A DNA stretch of 63,243 nucleotides, the filler included, from Thraustochytrium aureum (lineage: Eukaryota), in the NCBI GenBank assembly GCA_012862495.1. It is 4 parts of 3 records of this genome, joined end to end, with 100 filler letters (N's around TTAATTAATTAA, not from the genome) between each part and the next. Parts side by side here need not be neighbours in the genome. Positions count along the whole stretch, not along the records: positions 1 to 26,694 come from BLSG01000105.1; 3 more parts are not named here. The stretch is one strand, 5' to 3'. The translations under genes and the position numbers were made by a program. Below the pieces are notes generated by a model. That model was not told the origin of the DNA. It saw only the letters and a program-made list of their open reading frames with translations, and ran no database searches. Of the stretch, positions 11,901 to 23,500 are shown piece by piece. Positions within the stretch are counted from its first letter, which is position 1. Every line of letters starts with the position of its first letter.

Positions 11901-12492
11901 GCGCCGACCCCGCCGTTATAGTTCGGCAGAGTCAGGGCTGTCGGCCGCCTCGACTGCAACGCAGGAATCCTCCTCAAGCAGCGTGTACAAGAGCTTTCGC
12001 TCGTCCATCTTTCGCTCGGGCGGAGCTGCGACGTCGAGCGCTCTTTCGGAGCGTTTCGACAAAGCGATCGAGGAGGATGACGCGGAAGGGTGCCAGGACG
12101 TCGCGGCAGGCGACAAACAGCCCGTAACGCCGGACAGGAGCAACCTCGACCCCGTCACGCGAGACTACCTGGCCCAGGCCGAGGACCCGTTTGGGAGTCT
12201 GTACGACGTTCCCAAAGTTGGGCAGACAGTCGGCTCAGGCGCGCTTGTCATGGAGGCGTGGCGCGCTGCAGAACACGAAGCTGCTTATCGCGAGGGCCTG
12301 GCGGAGTACGCGATCGAGGCCGACGATGGCTGGGGAATGCGGCGATTGCAGGCCTATGCAGGAGCTACATCAATAGTCTTTTCGGGCGCATACAAGGGCT
12401 ACCCTCGCACGATGCACGCCGCTGCGCTGGCGCTTTTGCAGGCGAAACAGCAGCAAGCGCCGTTGTTGGTCAGCGAGGTAGCACAACGTTGA
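8914..12492 (+). CDS. FIG4: SAC-domain polyphosphoinositide phosphatase, FIG4-like
   Basis: ARRSRHYAGTRYLKRG, VANDVEVEQIV, QVRGSVPTFWSQ, catalytic RTNCIDCLDRTN, GDRIALQYGGS and KRYYSNAFTD..KQDAINVFLG. Confidence 0.92.
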   Translation: MAPFERFRVFDARDFVLVVGLPAQAVGSAQDEAGLNQLAAHVKLLRFDKAAAARSTRLADCMFADPNAYTAASVEAELQRIATQCKRSGGLTRVLDAVALAGCVRFVKGYYLVLVTNCVEEGRIDGHPVYAGKGSELVPLFDDATTAESSRLMRSPWSMFSGQQDPEAAVEDEFKSLFRLVDLSKACYWSYTYNLAQSVQNNVAAAVLERAAPEGAILQAPDDRFVWNSYLCKPLLEALSECAGERTALALATCPWLITMVHGSFKQQRCSIFSRSVTLTLVARRSRHYAGTRYLKRGVNDDGDVANDVEVEQIVQDHMFLASTPGTVSSHVQVRGSVPTFWSQEASVASPKPPIKRNRFDPWFSATRKHFADLFRRYGDSILVLNLVKQTEKRKREIIVGNDYKHATEFLNTWLPDDLALQYRAVDFTRLSKADPASLLRAIDSTARDALDSTSFFTAPVTAMRLSSGYVPGCLAHRMRLSTSPRRALARLRRFRADPLIKLPLRWSLRKMRFVPMRTSGAVLRAPVSLLGVDGASASAGTGVSPRRSLQGFRASSQTLEGDAASDEGDAVAGGSASPSGMSRSPSTASLSSEVELGARELLRRAGRALDDAAREHGLEDDVDDDDELLPEGYESEEAEDDGAAYSNLLAEAAALPGDLAGSPSLGSRRRVGLLGAAEARGGTRKRSVSSAAAAAQAAQVPKFQRGVVRTNCIDCLDRTNLAQFLIGLQVLNEQLKAVGVLGPGDRVGTDSRIATVLMEMYEEMGDRIALQYGGSDAHRKGGKLMSNASTSSRQQAFYTSLKRYYSNAFTDHAKQDAINVFLGTYRSEHRTKLAHQRAASSGDTQNAADFYLHNRAVQAEPDYLLEPLALRIDGWWKAPLEGFALQVAAPLTALASLGSLPPTKGSGEVQKNIAVMEVPDERPSTADSASGPGMTSFDVLFSRSFFQPVPLASPQPPLQSASPPPPPRVKANVAEAFGPGSPDSAAAAATKGQSRRRPRRYSSAESGLSAASTATQESSSSSVYKSFRSSIFRSGGAATSSALSERFDKAIEEDDAEGCQDVAAGDKQPVTPDRSNLDPVTRDYLAQAEDPFGSLYDVPKVGQTVGSGALVMEAWRAAEHEAAYREGLAEYAIEADDGWGMRRLQAYAGATSIVFSGAYKGYPRTMHAAALALLQAKQQQAPLLVSEVAQR

Positions 12493-12571
12493 GTCTGACG
12501 TTGGTTCAATCAAGCGCCGTTTTTGGTCAGTGAGGTACTCTAGCATAACGTTGAGTCTGACATTGGTTCAA
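12454..12571. repeat. ~57-60 bp imperfect tandem duplication spanning the FIG4 stop codon
   Basis: caagcgccgt..ttggtcag.gaggta..aacgttgagtctgac.ttggttcaa at 12454 and 12511. Confidence 0.85.
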
Positions 12572-12725
12572 GTTTTGAACAAGCCCGCGCCGACGATCGG
12601 CGCGCCGCAACGCAAGAATTGGAACCGCCTTAGCCGCATCCGATGTGCGTTTTGTTTGCAGCCCTACTCGTACTAGCAGTAACCAGCGGACCTGCTGGCG
12701 TGCGGCATTGCTGCAGCGGCTCGGT

Positions 12726-14607
12726 TCATGTTTGCGCCTCCAGCTCGCAGAGCGTCTCGTTTCGTAAGAGCTCGGGGTGCGCGCCGCACAACGAGCTCAC
12801 CAGGCGGGCGGCGTCGTCGCGCTTGTCGCGATGGCCGATGAGCTCGCTGAAGAATACCGCGAAAGCCCGCTCTGGCGCCGTTGCTGGCGAGCCTGCGCTC
12901 TCCGAGTTGCTAAACAAAAGCTTCAGGCTACCGAAGAGGCTCCGCTCTTGCAGAACGGGCAAGTCGTGCTGGAAAGTCCACGCCCGCAGAATGTCAACCG
13001 CGAGATTGCAGCTGTCTGGGTCGCAGAGGCTAAGAAACACGAGGTCTTTCAGCTCGTCGTAGACCTGCCTCGCGAGCACCTCATCCGCCGCCTTTTGCGC
13101 TTTGGACTCGAGAGCCCCGATGTGGCTGGCTTCCTCCTCTACTTCTGATTCTCCTTCCTCCTCCTCTCCTTCCTGAGGCTCCTCCCATTTCCCTTCGATC
13201 TGGCTATCGAGCTGGTCGCGCTCGTCCTCGCCCTCGCCGCGGTTGTGGCTGCGTTCTTCGCTCTCGACATGGCTCGCGGCGCCAAGCGCAGCAAGATCGG
13301 GCACGATAATTGCTTCGAGCACAAGCAGGTCCCAGGGCTCCAGGTTGCTTGGGCGGTCGCGCTTCAACCGGGCAATGAGTGCGCTTGCTACGTGTGCCCC
13401 GTTCCATGTCCTTTGCAGCGGCGGGAGGTGGTACACTCCACCGCATGCGCTCGGGACGGGAAGCGCCTCGAACCCGGGCTCGAAACCAACGAGCTTGCTG
13501 AGTTCGCACTCGTCGCGGTCAGCGGCGGTGGGACCCGCGATGCTGCGCTTTGCCAAGTCGAGCAAGACGTCGAGGTACAACTCTGTCAGCCTTTCGTGGA
13601 ACCCCACGTGCTGGCCGAGGTAAGAGAGCGCCGCTTCTTCACGCTAGCGGACGTTTGCTGCTGGGTCACGATGCTCTCGACCAAATCGATGCAGCGCTCC
13701 CAGGCCGCCGCGCCCATCTCGGAGGCAACGTCCAGCTCGTCGAAGATCTTGGCGCACACAATCACGAGCTGGCACTGCACCTCCCACCAACCATCCGAGG
13801 CGAGGGTCTCAAGCTGTGGAATAATTCGCTCAACCGATCCCGGGTCGTGCTGGACGACAACCGCTAGCATGGCCAGCGACGTCGCCCTCAGGGGCGGAGA
13901 AACGTGGGCAGTGCCAATAACAGCGTAGTAGGCGTACAGGTCCAAGAGAGCCAGTCCGGGGCCGCTCGCGCTCAGGCTTTGCTCCATGAAGATCAGAATC
14001 GTCAGGCAGTGCAAGAACGGCCCAAGCTCGTTCAGCGACTCGTGCAGCCGCTTGATCATGTGCGTCCGCGAAACAGCGTCGAGGTCAGCAAACGCGCAAA
14101 GGACCATAAGAACAGCGCGGCGCTTGCCGGGCGATTTCGTGATGAGCGGCACCAGGCGCGGCATGGCGATGTTGAAGAAGGCGTCAAGCGCAGCTCGGCG
14201 GCTCTGGGCCTGGCCGAGGTCACCAGCGAGCCGCAGGACCAGCTGGCCGTATCGCACAAAGGTCTCGCGGCAAGCATCGAAAAGATCAGAGTCCTCGTGC
14301 GCGACCTCGAACACTGTGGACAATAGATTGCACACTGTCCAGAGTTCTTCGTCAGCGAGCTGGCCCTCAATCTCGTCCATGGCGGCCATGATCTGCTCTA
14401 GGCAGTCCACGACGTCGGCTTCGTCGAGCGACCGCAAGGCCCGGGCAGGACCGCGCTCGGCGCCTTCGCTGCCGGCAACTTGACCGAACGCTACTGTCAA
14501 GAAGGTCTCGGCCCGGCAGCCAGCGCCTGTGGCCGGATCTGACAGCTCGCGCTCGATGCATGTTACCATGGCGCTCATTGGTGCTTCTGCGCGAGACAGA
14601 ACGGGGA
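12726..14607 (-). CDS. Hypothetical alpha-helical (ARM/HEAT-like) protein; frameshift near 13633; 5' end at or in gap
   Basis: ORFs 13586..(gap) and 12726..13607 join if one G is added (VKK-AALSYLGQHVGF). The sequence is Leu-rich and helical. Confidence 0.6.
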
Positions 14608-15665
14608 NNNNNNNNNNNNNNNNNNNNNNNNNNNNNNNNNNNNNNNNNNNNNNNNNNNNNNNNNNNNNNNNNNNNNNNNNNNNNNNNNNNNNNNNNNNNN
14701 NNNNNNNNNNNNNNNNNNNNNNNNNNNNNNNNNNNNNNNNNNNNNNNNNNNNNNNNNNNNNNNNNNNNNNNNNNNNNNNNNNNNNNNNNNNNNNNNNNNN
14801 NNNNNNNNNNNNNNNNNNNNNNNNNNNNNNNNNNNNNNNNNNNNNNNNNNNNNNNNNNNNNNNNNNNNNNNNNNNNNNNNNNNNNNNNNNNNNNNNNNNN
14901 NNNNNNNNNNNNNNNNNNNNNNNNNNNNNNNNNNNNNNNNNNNNNNNNNNNNNNNNNNNNNNNNNNNNNNNNNNNNNNNNNNNNNNNNNNNNNNNNNNNN
15001 NNNNNNNNNNNNNNNNNNNNNNNNNNNNNNNNNNNNNNNNNNNNNNNNNNNNNNNNNNNNNNNNNNNNNNNNNNNNNNNNNNNNNNNNNNNNNNNNNNNN
15101 NNNNNNNNNNNNNNNNNNNNNNNNNNNNNNNNNNNNNNNNNNNNNNNNNNNNNNNNNNNNNNNNNNNNNNNNNNNNNNNNNNNNNNNNNNNNNNNNNNNN
15201 NNNNNNNNNNNNNNNNNNNNNNNNNNNNNNNNNNNNNNNNNNNNNNNNNNNNNNNNNNNNNNNNNNNNNNNNNNNNNNNNNNNNNNNNNNNNNNNNNNNN
15301 NNNNNNNNNNNNNNNNNNNNNNNNNNNNNNNNNNNNNNNNNNNNNNNNNNNNNNNNNNNNNNNNNNNNNNNNNNNNNNNNNNNNNNNNNNNNNNNNNNNN
15401 NNNNNNNNNNNNNNNNNNNNNNNNNNNNNNNNNNNNNNNNNNNNNNNNNNNNNNNNNNNNNNNNNNNNNNNNNNNNNNNNNNNNNNNNNNNNNNNNNNNN
15501 NNNNNNNNNNNNNNNNNNNNNNNNNNNNNNNNNNNNNNGACGAGCAAGGGCTTGCGCCAGAGCACACAGACAGCAGTTGCCAGAGCGCTGCAGGACGTAG
15601 TGCGACGGTGCGGCGACCCGCAAGAGAGGCAGGACTGCGAACGAAGCGGCGTCAGCGCGGGCAGC

Positions 15666-16670
15666 ATGACGTTCACTGAATACGTCGGCCCGGACGCGAG
15701 CCGCCGAACCTCGGCCTGGGGCGCGCGCGCGGGGGCCACAGCCCCCCGTCGCGTGCGCACCGGTGCCGAGGAGGCGCACAGCGGGCCCAAGATTGTGACA
15801 ACACCTAAAAAGGTCGGCTTTTACCCAACGCGCTGGGCCGCGCCGTTCTCTGGGGACGAGTCTCTCCCATCGCCTGTGGCAACGCCAGCGAAGAAGGAGC
15901 GCCGCCAGGCGCCCCATCTGGCCAGCAGCACTGCTAAGCCCAAACCGCGCGAAAAGCCCAAGCCGCCCATCGCTGGTGCGTGGACTGGTCGCCCGGCAAC
16001 CGCCACGGGGGTCACCCCGTTCCGCGTGTTTTACGATCGCGGAGACCTCCCGGTGTGCATCGGCCACGGGGCCAAGCGCCGTGTGCAGTGGAAGTGCAAG
16101 CCAACTGACTTGGATTTCCACCACTGTAAGTTTCGAACGCCCTGCGCGCTTCTCTGTCGTTGTCGTGCAACTTGCTAACCAGCCGGACGTCGGTTTGGTG
16201 CGTGCGTGACAACAGACCTCCCGCTCTTCTTTGAGGGTTTGCGCGAAACCAAGGAGCCCTATTGCTTCCTTGCCGAGGCTGGGGTCCAGGACCTCGTCGA
16301 ACAGGGACCGGAAAAGGTCCTTCCGGTCGTGCCGCAACTGATCCAGCCACTGAAAAAGGCGCTCAACTCAAAGGACAAGGCTACCCTGTGCCGCGTGCTG
16401 CAAGTGCTGCAGCATCTTTGCAAAATTCCGTATGTCGGCGAGGCCCTGGTGCCGTACTACCGCAGCCTGCTGCCAGTGTTCAACCTGGTTCTTCTGTTGG
16501 AGAAGCGGTCAAACCTGGGCGACCGCATTGACTATGGCCAGCAGAAGAAGAGCAACCTAATCGACCTCATCAACGAGACCCTCGAGGTTCTGGAGCAAAC
16601 CGGTGGCGAGAGCGCATTTGTCAACATCAAGTATATGGTCCCTGCCTACGAGAGCGCTTCCACGTACTGA
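15666..16670 (+). CDS. PACRG: Parkin co-regulated gene protein; intron 16126-16215
   Basis: TPFRVFYDRGDLPV...LDFHH|YLPLFFEGLRE..EPY.FLA..G, KVLPVVPQLIQPLKKAL, GEALVPYYRSLLPVFN and AFVNIKYMVPAYES. GTAAGT...GCTAAC...CAG intron. Confidence 0.9.
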
Positions 16671-16818
16671 GGCGGTCTTTCTCCCTAGCAAGAAATAATG
16701 GACCCAATTGAATTCCTATGGCGCCGCAACGCAAAGCGCGCGCGTGCATGCTTTTCCTTGCGACGCTCCACGAGAACCAATAGCTGCAGCAGGGGTGAAC
16801 CCTCCTCGACGCGCTGTA

Positions 16819-19800
16819 CAGTAAGGTAGAGTACAGTAGGGTGTTTTTTGATTGAATACCCTAAGGCTACAGTGATGGCGACGGTGACCTGGCCACCCTT
16901 CGCCGCTTGCCTCGCGCTCTGACGTTCACGTCTTGCTGTACGGGCTGCGGGTCAACGAGAGTCGTTTCATGGACATCATCGCGTGGAGGGTTTGGCGGTG
17001 ATGCAAACGCACTTGGCTCCACTGACTCTGCTTGGGACAATGTGGATGTGAACGTCGCCGTCGGAAGACCACGCACGAAGGACGCGAATCTCAACTTGAA
17101 CGCATCGCCCTTCAGCTTACGTATCGCGACGCATTCCCCGACGAGCGAAGTGTCGCCTGAGGCTTGGAAGTCCTTCTTCACAATGCTCAAAAAGGCTCTC
17201 GCTGTCTGTTGTGGGAGTCCAACACAATTCCTTGACACGAAGACCGACACGGCGTCGCGCACGCCGTTGTCATCCGTTTTCTTGTAGTGCATTGCTTCGC
17301 ACGCTTCGAGCTCGCGAATGACCTTGAATGACGTCTGGTGAGTTGTGTTGGTTGTCTTGAAAAGTGAGCCTGTGGTGTCAAGGCGCCTTGGAGCCTTGCC
17401 GAGGGAAGCATTCACCTCCCGCGACATTTGTGCCATGTCCGCTCGTCTTAAAGGCGATGGTGAGTACTTGGCCTTTGGGGGCGGTGTATTGTACACGTGA
17501 GTTGGCGACGTCCTTGCGGGGACGGTCCGGTCTGGGCTTCTCTGGGGTTCCGCGTGTTGCAGTTTCTCGATGAGGTCCATGACATGGGCGACGGTGCTGC
17601 GGCTCAAACAGATATCCTCATCACCATTGGCTTTGTCCAACTCCTGATTTGCGTGCTCGAGTGTGTCGAGGTCGCGCTGTAGCTGCATCACGTAGTCGCG
17701 AACAGCATTATCTGCTGCTGCGACACTAGCCGCGTGCGCAGCTTTCGCTGCTTCGAGCTCTTGCGCGTGAGTGGCCTTGGCGGCTTCGAGCTTCAGTAAA
17801 GATGCTGCTTTGGTTGACTCCAGCGCGGCATCAGCGTCTTGTTTTTCTTCTTGCACTCCTGCTCTTTCTTGGACCTGTTCTGGAGCAGCACGACTTCTGT
17901 CGCGAGACGGATTTTCCTCAGGTCGCATTTGAGTTTCAGTGTCACTTCCTGCAATTTCTTGCGCGAAGCGCTCCTTTTGATGATAGCAGCTTCGCCAAGG
18001 CCAATCCCGTGGGTCTCGAGGCTCTCGCTAATACTCCCAAATATGGATAGCGAAGTGGCCGAGGAACTCGAGCCACTCCTTTCTGACCTGGTGACTCCAG
18101 TCTTGTCCGACTCCTGCGTGGCCCCGACGGCCTCGTCCACGTTGTTTCCGCCAACCGCCTCGTCGCCTCTTACGCCGCTACCAGATGAAGAAGCAAGCTG
18201 AGGTTGTCCATGAACTTCGCCCCGGTGGATGTAGCTGAGCAATTCGCAGCCTCGGTGCGGAAGAGCGATCTCGGTCATGGAAACGTCCCCAAGCTTGATG
18301 ACAGGGTTGTCAAGGTGCGGCTGCCGAGTGTACGGGCGCATGCCGGTTTTTCTCACAGCGTTGAGAAGGCGACCCCTCGTCGCAACCGCTGCAAGAGCTT
18401 GAGCGCCGAGCCGAACGTTGTCCCAGGTAGACTTTGGTCCCCGATGTTGTGCTTTTAGGCTCATCAGCTTGGTTTTCCAGTCGCCAAACAAGCCCACGTC
18501 TGCAGCCTGTGTTTGCGACGTTGTATGCGGTAACCAGGAGAAGAGGTGAACTCCGTAAGGAATGAGTTTTGGGAGCAAGTCGAGGCTCTGGCGGCTGCAG
18601 TGCCCGTCCATGAAGAGCACGACACGAGTTGCTGGACTGGCGTTGGAGACGTCTGGATAGGCTGTTTTGACGACGGACATGACGATTTCCAAAAAGTTGT
18701 CCTTTGTAACTGAGCCAGACTGCGACACAAAGTAGTTGACCTGGTCGTACTCGCGCTGATCGATCGGCTGCAGCTTGGCTGATGTGCACCACTCCTTGCA
18801 AATGGCGTCCATGTTTTTCTTTTGGTTGGCGGACATCTTCTTCCCGCAGAGGACCCAGGCTGGCGGCGCACAGTCTCCAATGAGGTTCATCCCGGCTAGC
18901 ACAGTCACATGTTGCTCGTCTTCTTTCTGCATCAGAGAGCGGAACTGCTGGCCTTGCGCGATGAGATCGCCCAACACGGGCCCTTTTGCTTTACTGCGCG
19001 TGCTCTGCTTGTCCCTCTTACCTCCGACATGACATTCGTCTAGAAGCAACACGCGCCCAGGATGGAGCCAAATGACTTCGTGCCCGTCGCGCGCCTCGAT
19101 TTCCGTTGCTTTGCGTGCGACGCCGATCTCGATGAGCTCCTCCGACGTAACCGTGTACCACCAATTGATGTTCTGAGTGCAGTAGTGCTGCACGCAAGAG
19201 GAGCTAATCCCGGCGCAGCCTTTGTGCATGAGGTCAGGGTGCAGCTTCTGCATCCGCTTCAGCCATCCAGTGTACCAACGACGGGAAGGAACAGGCCCGC
19301 CATCGCGCCGGATTTGACCAGCCCAACCGCACACCTCGCGCCATGTAAAAAAGAAACCGCGACGTAAAGCTTGGCTGACGTGCTCGTATAGAGCTTCCTC
19401 GCCCTCGACCGACAACACAGGGGGTCTCCCGTTCAATCGGTTCTTGCGTTCGCTCCACTTCAAAATGGTAGAGGCGACTAAAGTGTGGCCGTGGTGTTCA
19501 TAAACCCAGCTGCTCGAAGAGCGTAGCGTGGCAAACTGCTTGAGGATGCCATGAATGGCATGCGCGTCAAATTCGCTTGCCAGCTGTGCCAGACGGTCCT
19601 GGCGCTCAGCGAGTCTGTCCCGCTGCGCGTCGAGGCTTTTCTGGGTGACTTCCTTGCCAGTCTCGTCGCGTGAGTCCAGCTGAGATTGATTCTCATCCAG
19701 CTTTGCAGCTTGTTTGGCGTGGCTCTTCTTGCACGACGTGATGTCTCGGGCTAGCCTTTTCAGCTCCTGTGCAGCGGAATAGAGCGTGCCCACAAGACGG

Positions 19801-20283
19801 GCGAAAGAGTCACTGACGAACTTGCCCTTCGGCGCAGCCTCCTTCAAGAGGACAGTTGCATGTGACACGACGATCTCTGCGGTCCGCACAAGCACCTGGT
19901 CGCCGTCGTCTGTAATCCCTTTCTGGAACGCGTTGCGGAGGTCCACTTCTCCAAGCACCGCTTCTCGATCCCCAAACACGACTCGTGCGCCGCTGAAGAG
20001 GCTGTGAAGGTTGTCCTCGAGTCGCCCGAAGGCGTCACCCAAAGTATCCACCATCGCCCTGGCCGCTCTCGCTCGTGTTGAGCGTGCGCGTCTCTCCACC
20101 GTGTTGGATCTTTGCTCCGTTGAGGCAATGCGTCAGGAATTCTTCAGGTCCCGCGACGTGGTCCTGGGAGCGAACAAAAGGAATAATCTGGAATGTTTGA
20201 GGTTTACCCACACGTTGAGAACACCCCCGATTACTTACATTGGCAAAAGCAGGCATGTTCGAGCTTTGGTACGCCAGGAGCAG
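16819..20283 (-). mobile_element. pogo/Fot-like (IS630-Tc1-mariner, DD35D) DNA transposon; far end probably in gap 20284-20501
   Basis: Contains a DDE_1-type transposase ORF. Candidate TA|CAGTA termini at 16817-16823 and 16832-16838. GC is lower than in flanking host genes. Confidence 0.65.
16867..20099 (-). CDS. CENP-B/pogo-type transposase with long C-terminal coiled-coil extension; frameshift near 17845
   Basis: HTH-CENPB-like GRPPVLSVEGEEAL...PSRRWYTGWLKR; catalytic LLDECH, FMDGHCSR and LPHTTSQTQAADVGLF (35 residues between D2 and D3). An A5-to-A6 correction joins ORF 16867..17928. Confidence 0.8.
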
Positions 20284-20502
20284 NNNNNNNNNNNNNNNNN
20301 NNNNNNNNNNNNNNNNNNNNNNNNNNNNNNNNNNNNNNNNNNNNNNNNNNNNNNNNNNNNNNNNNNNNNNNNNNNNNNNNNNNNNNNNNNNNNNNNNNNN
20401 NNNNNNNNNNNNNNNNNNNNNNNNNNNNNNNNNNNNNNNNNNNNNNNNNNNNNNNNNNNNNNNNNNNNNNNNNNNNNNNNNNNNNNNNNNNNNNNNNNNN
20501 NG

Positions 20503-23500
20503 CTAGCTGGCAACCTGGTGGCCGACGAGTTTGAGGATTTCTATGGCAATACGTCGCCGCAAGTTGAAGCGGGCCGTCTCTGTGCGCACGTCATAGTCGA
20601 AGGGCAGGCCCTCCACCACGCACGTAGCGTTTGCAGCAACGCACACACCACAGTCGATCCCATTGACCTGGAGCGGTACACTACGACTCTCCCATTGCCA
20701 GCCCGCCGGGTCGAAAAACGCCTCGATCGAAGTTCCTGTCCCAGCAGGTAAGCAAAAGTGCGGCTCGCCGGCCGAAGCGAGCGCCTGCATGGCAGCCAAC
20801 GATCCCTTCATCCTGTCCACCGGCACGCAACCAGCCACGCCACGCGTCAGTGAGTCCATGTAAATCGCTCGGCGTAGCTTCGGCTGGAAGTCGCACAATG
20901 TCCAGTGCCCCCCGAGACCGTCACTTCCACTTCCCGAATGAATCGGCACGAGTACATGGTCCTTCTCAAGAATGTTGACATCTGAAGGGCGGCCGAGCTT
21001 CTCTTGCAGGCGCAGGACGCGGATTGCGGCGACTTGGCTCGGCAGCCATGCCCAGCTGACGGGGCTGGCGCCGCCCCAGCGCTGGCGGCGCGACGTTCGA
21101 GGGAGACCATGTAGAGGCAAATCGATGTCTCAGTGAGGTAAGAACGAGTGTGACTCTCAACGCTGTTATGCAGCACACGAACAAGTGGAGCCAGATCTCT
21201 GCAGTTGAGCTCAGGAAAGGGGCACGGGCCTCCCCAGCGAAGCGGGGAGCGTGAGAAGCTCGAAGACCACAGAATCGCTTCCTTCGAGGTTCGCCGGCGC
21301 TTTTTCTGTCTGCGCCGTCCGCCTCCAGCACGTCGTTCACCAAAATGTCGAGAAGGACTTCCTCCTGTGCCGAGACGTTTTGTTCAAAGAGGCCAGGCTG
21401 GCCCAAATTCCCGCATGCAGCAGCAGCACCTTGTAAAGCTCTCAGCAGCTCATCTGGGTAGTCGTCCCCGGAAAAGTTTGACGACCCACGCACACAGCGT
21501 CTCCCCGAAGGCAATGGAAGAGACGGCCGTTTCGAGCTCTCGCCTGCGCTCTCCGCTTCTGACGTCGATTCTGTGGCTAGGACGGCGAAGGAGCGCTTTT
21601 CCGACGAAGCGGTCCTCGCAAGACGTCTCATCTTCTTGATCTCAGCGGCACCAGGGCAGTGGGCCCCGAATCGGATCTTTGCACTACTGAAGATCTTCTT
21701 GAGAGCTTCGTGCAATCCCCTCCATTCTCCGCACTTTGAGCAATACTTGTACTTGTTGGTCGTTTTAGCGACCGCAGTCNNNNNNNNNNNNNNNNNNNNN
21801 NNNNNNNNNNNNNNNNNNNNNNNNNNNNNNNNNNNNNNNNNNNNNNNNNNNNNNNNNNNNNNNNNNNNNNNNNNNNNNNNNNNNNNNNNNNNNNNGTCTT
21901 GAACTCTACAAACGGGGCTGTCAGTAGATATGGAACGGTCTGCGGACAGAGAGCCCTCGCGCTGGCATTCTGGCCAGGGACGTAGCCTGGAGCTGGGCCA
22001 GTTCGAGCAGCGCTCGTGCGAGCCGCTGCACGCTCGGAGCGATGAGACTGGGCCAGTTGCTGCGCGTCACGATGGACAGCAACAACTCCCTCATGCACTC
22101 TTGGTTCAGGCGCGGTATCCTGAGCTGCTCGACGGGCTCGACCTGAGCGGTCCGAGGCCTCCAACTGCTTCCAGACCTCCGCAATTTGAGGCTCTGACTT
22201 CATGTACAAGTCCTGCGGCCCGAAGGCTTTGTATAGGATTGGCCTCCCAGTCTCCTTGGCAGACGCTTTCCTCTTGCGAACAACACCGTTGAAAGCCTCA
22301 GTGATCGCCTTGACGTTTGCTTGAGCACCACTGCCACCGGTGCGACGCTTTCCTCTAGTTTTTATGAGATTGCGAAAGATGGCAATCTCAAGCTTCCGTT
22401 TCTTCGAACGAAGGTTGAAGGGTATCGCCGCGCCGGGGAGCTTGGCAGATGTGGGCCCGGTTGAGTGAGTTTTCGTGAACCGAGCGGCGTTTTCAGATGC
22501 TTGTCTCTGAGACGCACGTTTCAAAACACTTTGCCGCTCGATGTTTCCAAGTTGAAGTGGTTTGTTGGGCTGGAGGCAATCGCCACTTGGTGCGGGATAA
22601 TCGGCACCGCGGTCACCGGAAACGAACGTGTGCACGTGCTCACCTGGCTGTTGCTCAAGGACGGTATAGTGGCTTCCGTCGAGGAGCAAAAACAAATTTG
22701 CTGTCTCTGGTACGTTCCCGCTTTTGTCTAGGCGAGACGAAGGTGACGTCACGAGATTGCATCTTGTCCAAAAGTTGGCATCGATGAGGTCCGCCTTCAT
22801 TGCGCCTCCTGGTCCAATTCTCGCAGTGCCGTCATCTGACCAGTACACTGTTATCCGAAGGCGCACAGCAAAAGCCACCCACAAGTAGGCAGCAACTACA
22901 ATGAAGAACGGGCCAGATCCCCAAGCCTGGGAAGGGAGCGAGTTTTCCTCAGAGATCATGATGCAGACGTACTGATCCCACATTTCCGCAGCCGTGGGAG
23001 TGCCAGGCTCCGGGATACTATCGGCGAGCCGCTCAGACAACAAAGCTTCGTGCAACACTTCGCGCAGGCTCTCGTGTCGAACGAAAAGCTGGCCAACAGC
23101 TTCAAAAGCAGCGGACCGGAGCCGAACTAAAAGCCTGCGTAGGATGATACGATCCCATTGGCGGCGACCCGCAAACCGGCGGCTCGTGCTCCGGCTTCCC
23201 ACAGGGCAAAGGACCCTGGGCTTATGCCTTCCAAAATTGTCTTTAGAAGGTCCACCTTGTCCTGCGACTCCAGTGAAATGGCGATTCCAGCCAGGACGCT
23301 CTGGTCTGCGCAACGGCCGTTGCCATCGACAGGCCAGTATACCGAAGTGGTCGCCCGAGCGACGAGATCTTCGTCGCACTCCACGATGTAGGAAAGCTCT
23401 CCAAGTGCCAACGACAAGTTTTCTGCCGTGCTGGAGCGCTCTACATCTACCTGCTGCTCCTCGACTTGAGCTATTTTGACAGAGCAGATTTTGTCAAGGA

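Noticed and set aside
14367..16337. Very long ORFs spanning N gaps
   Set aside because: Their length is an artefact of N codons lacking stops.
17840..17850. Programmed ribosomal frameshifting in the transposon ORFs
   Set aside because: The same kind of homopolymer slip occurs in ordinary host genes, so sequencing error is the simpler explanation.
16867..17928. Fanzor/TnpB-like RNA-guided nuclease beside the IS630-type transposase
   Set aside because: No RuvC D-E-D motifs or Zn ribbon are recognisable. The ORF reads as a frameshifted coiled-coil tail of the transposase.
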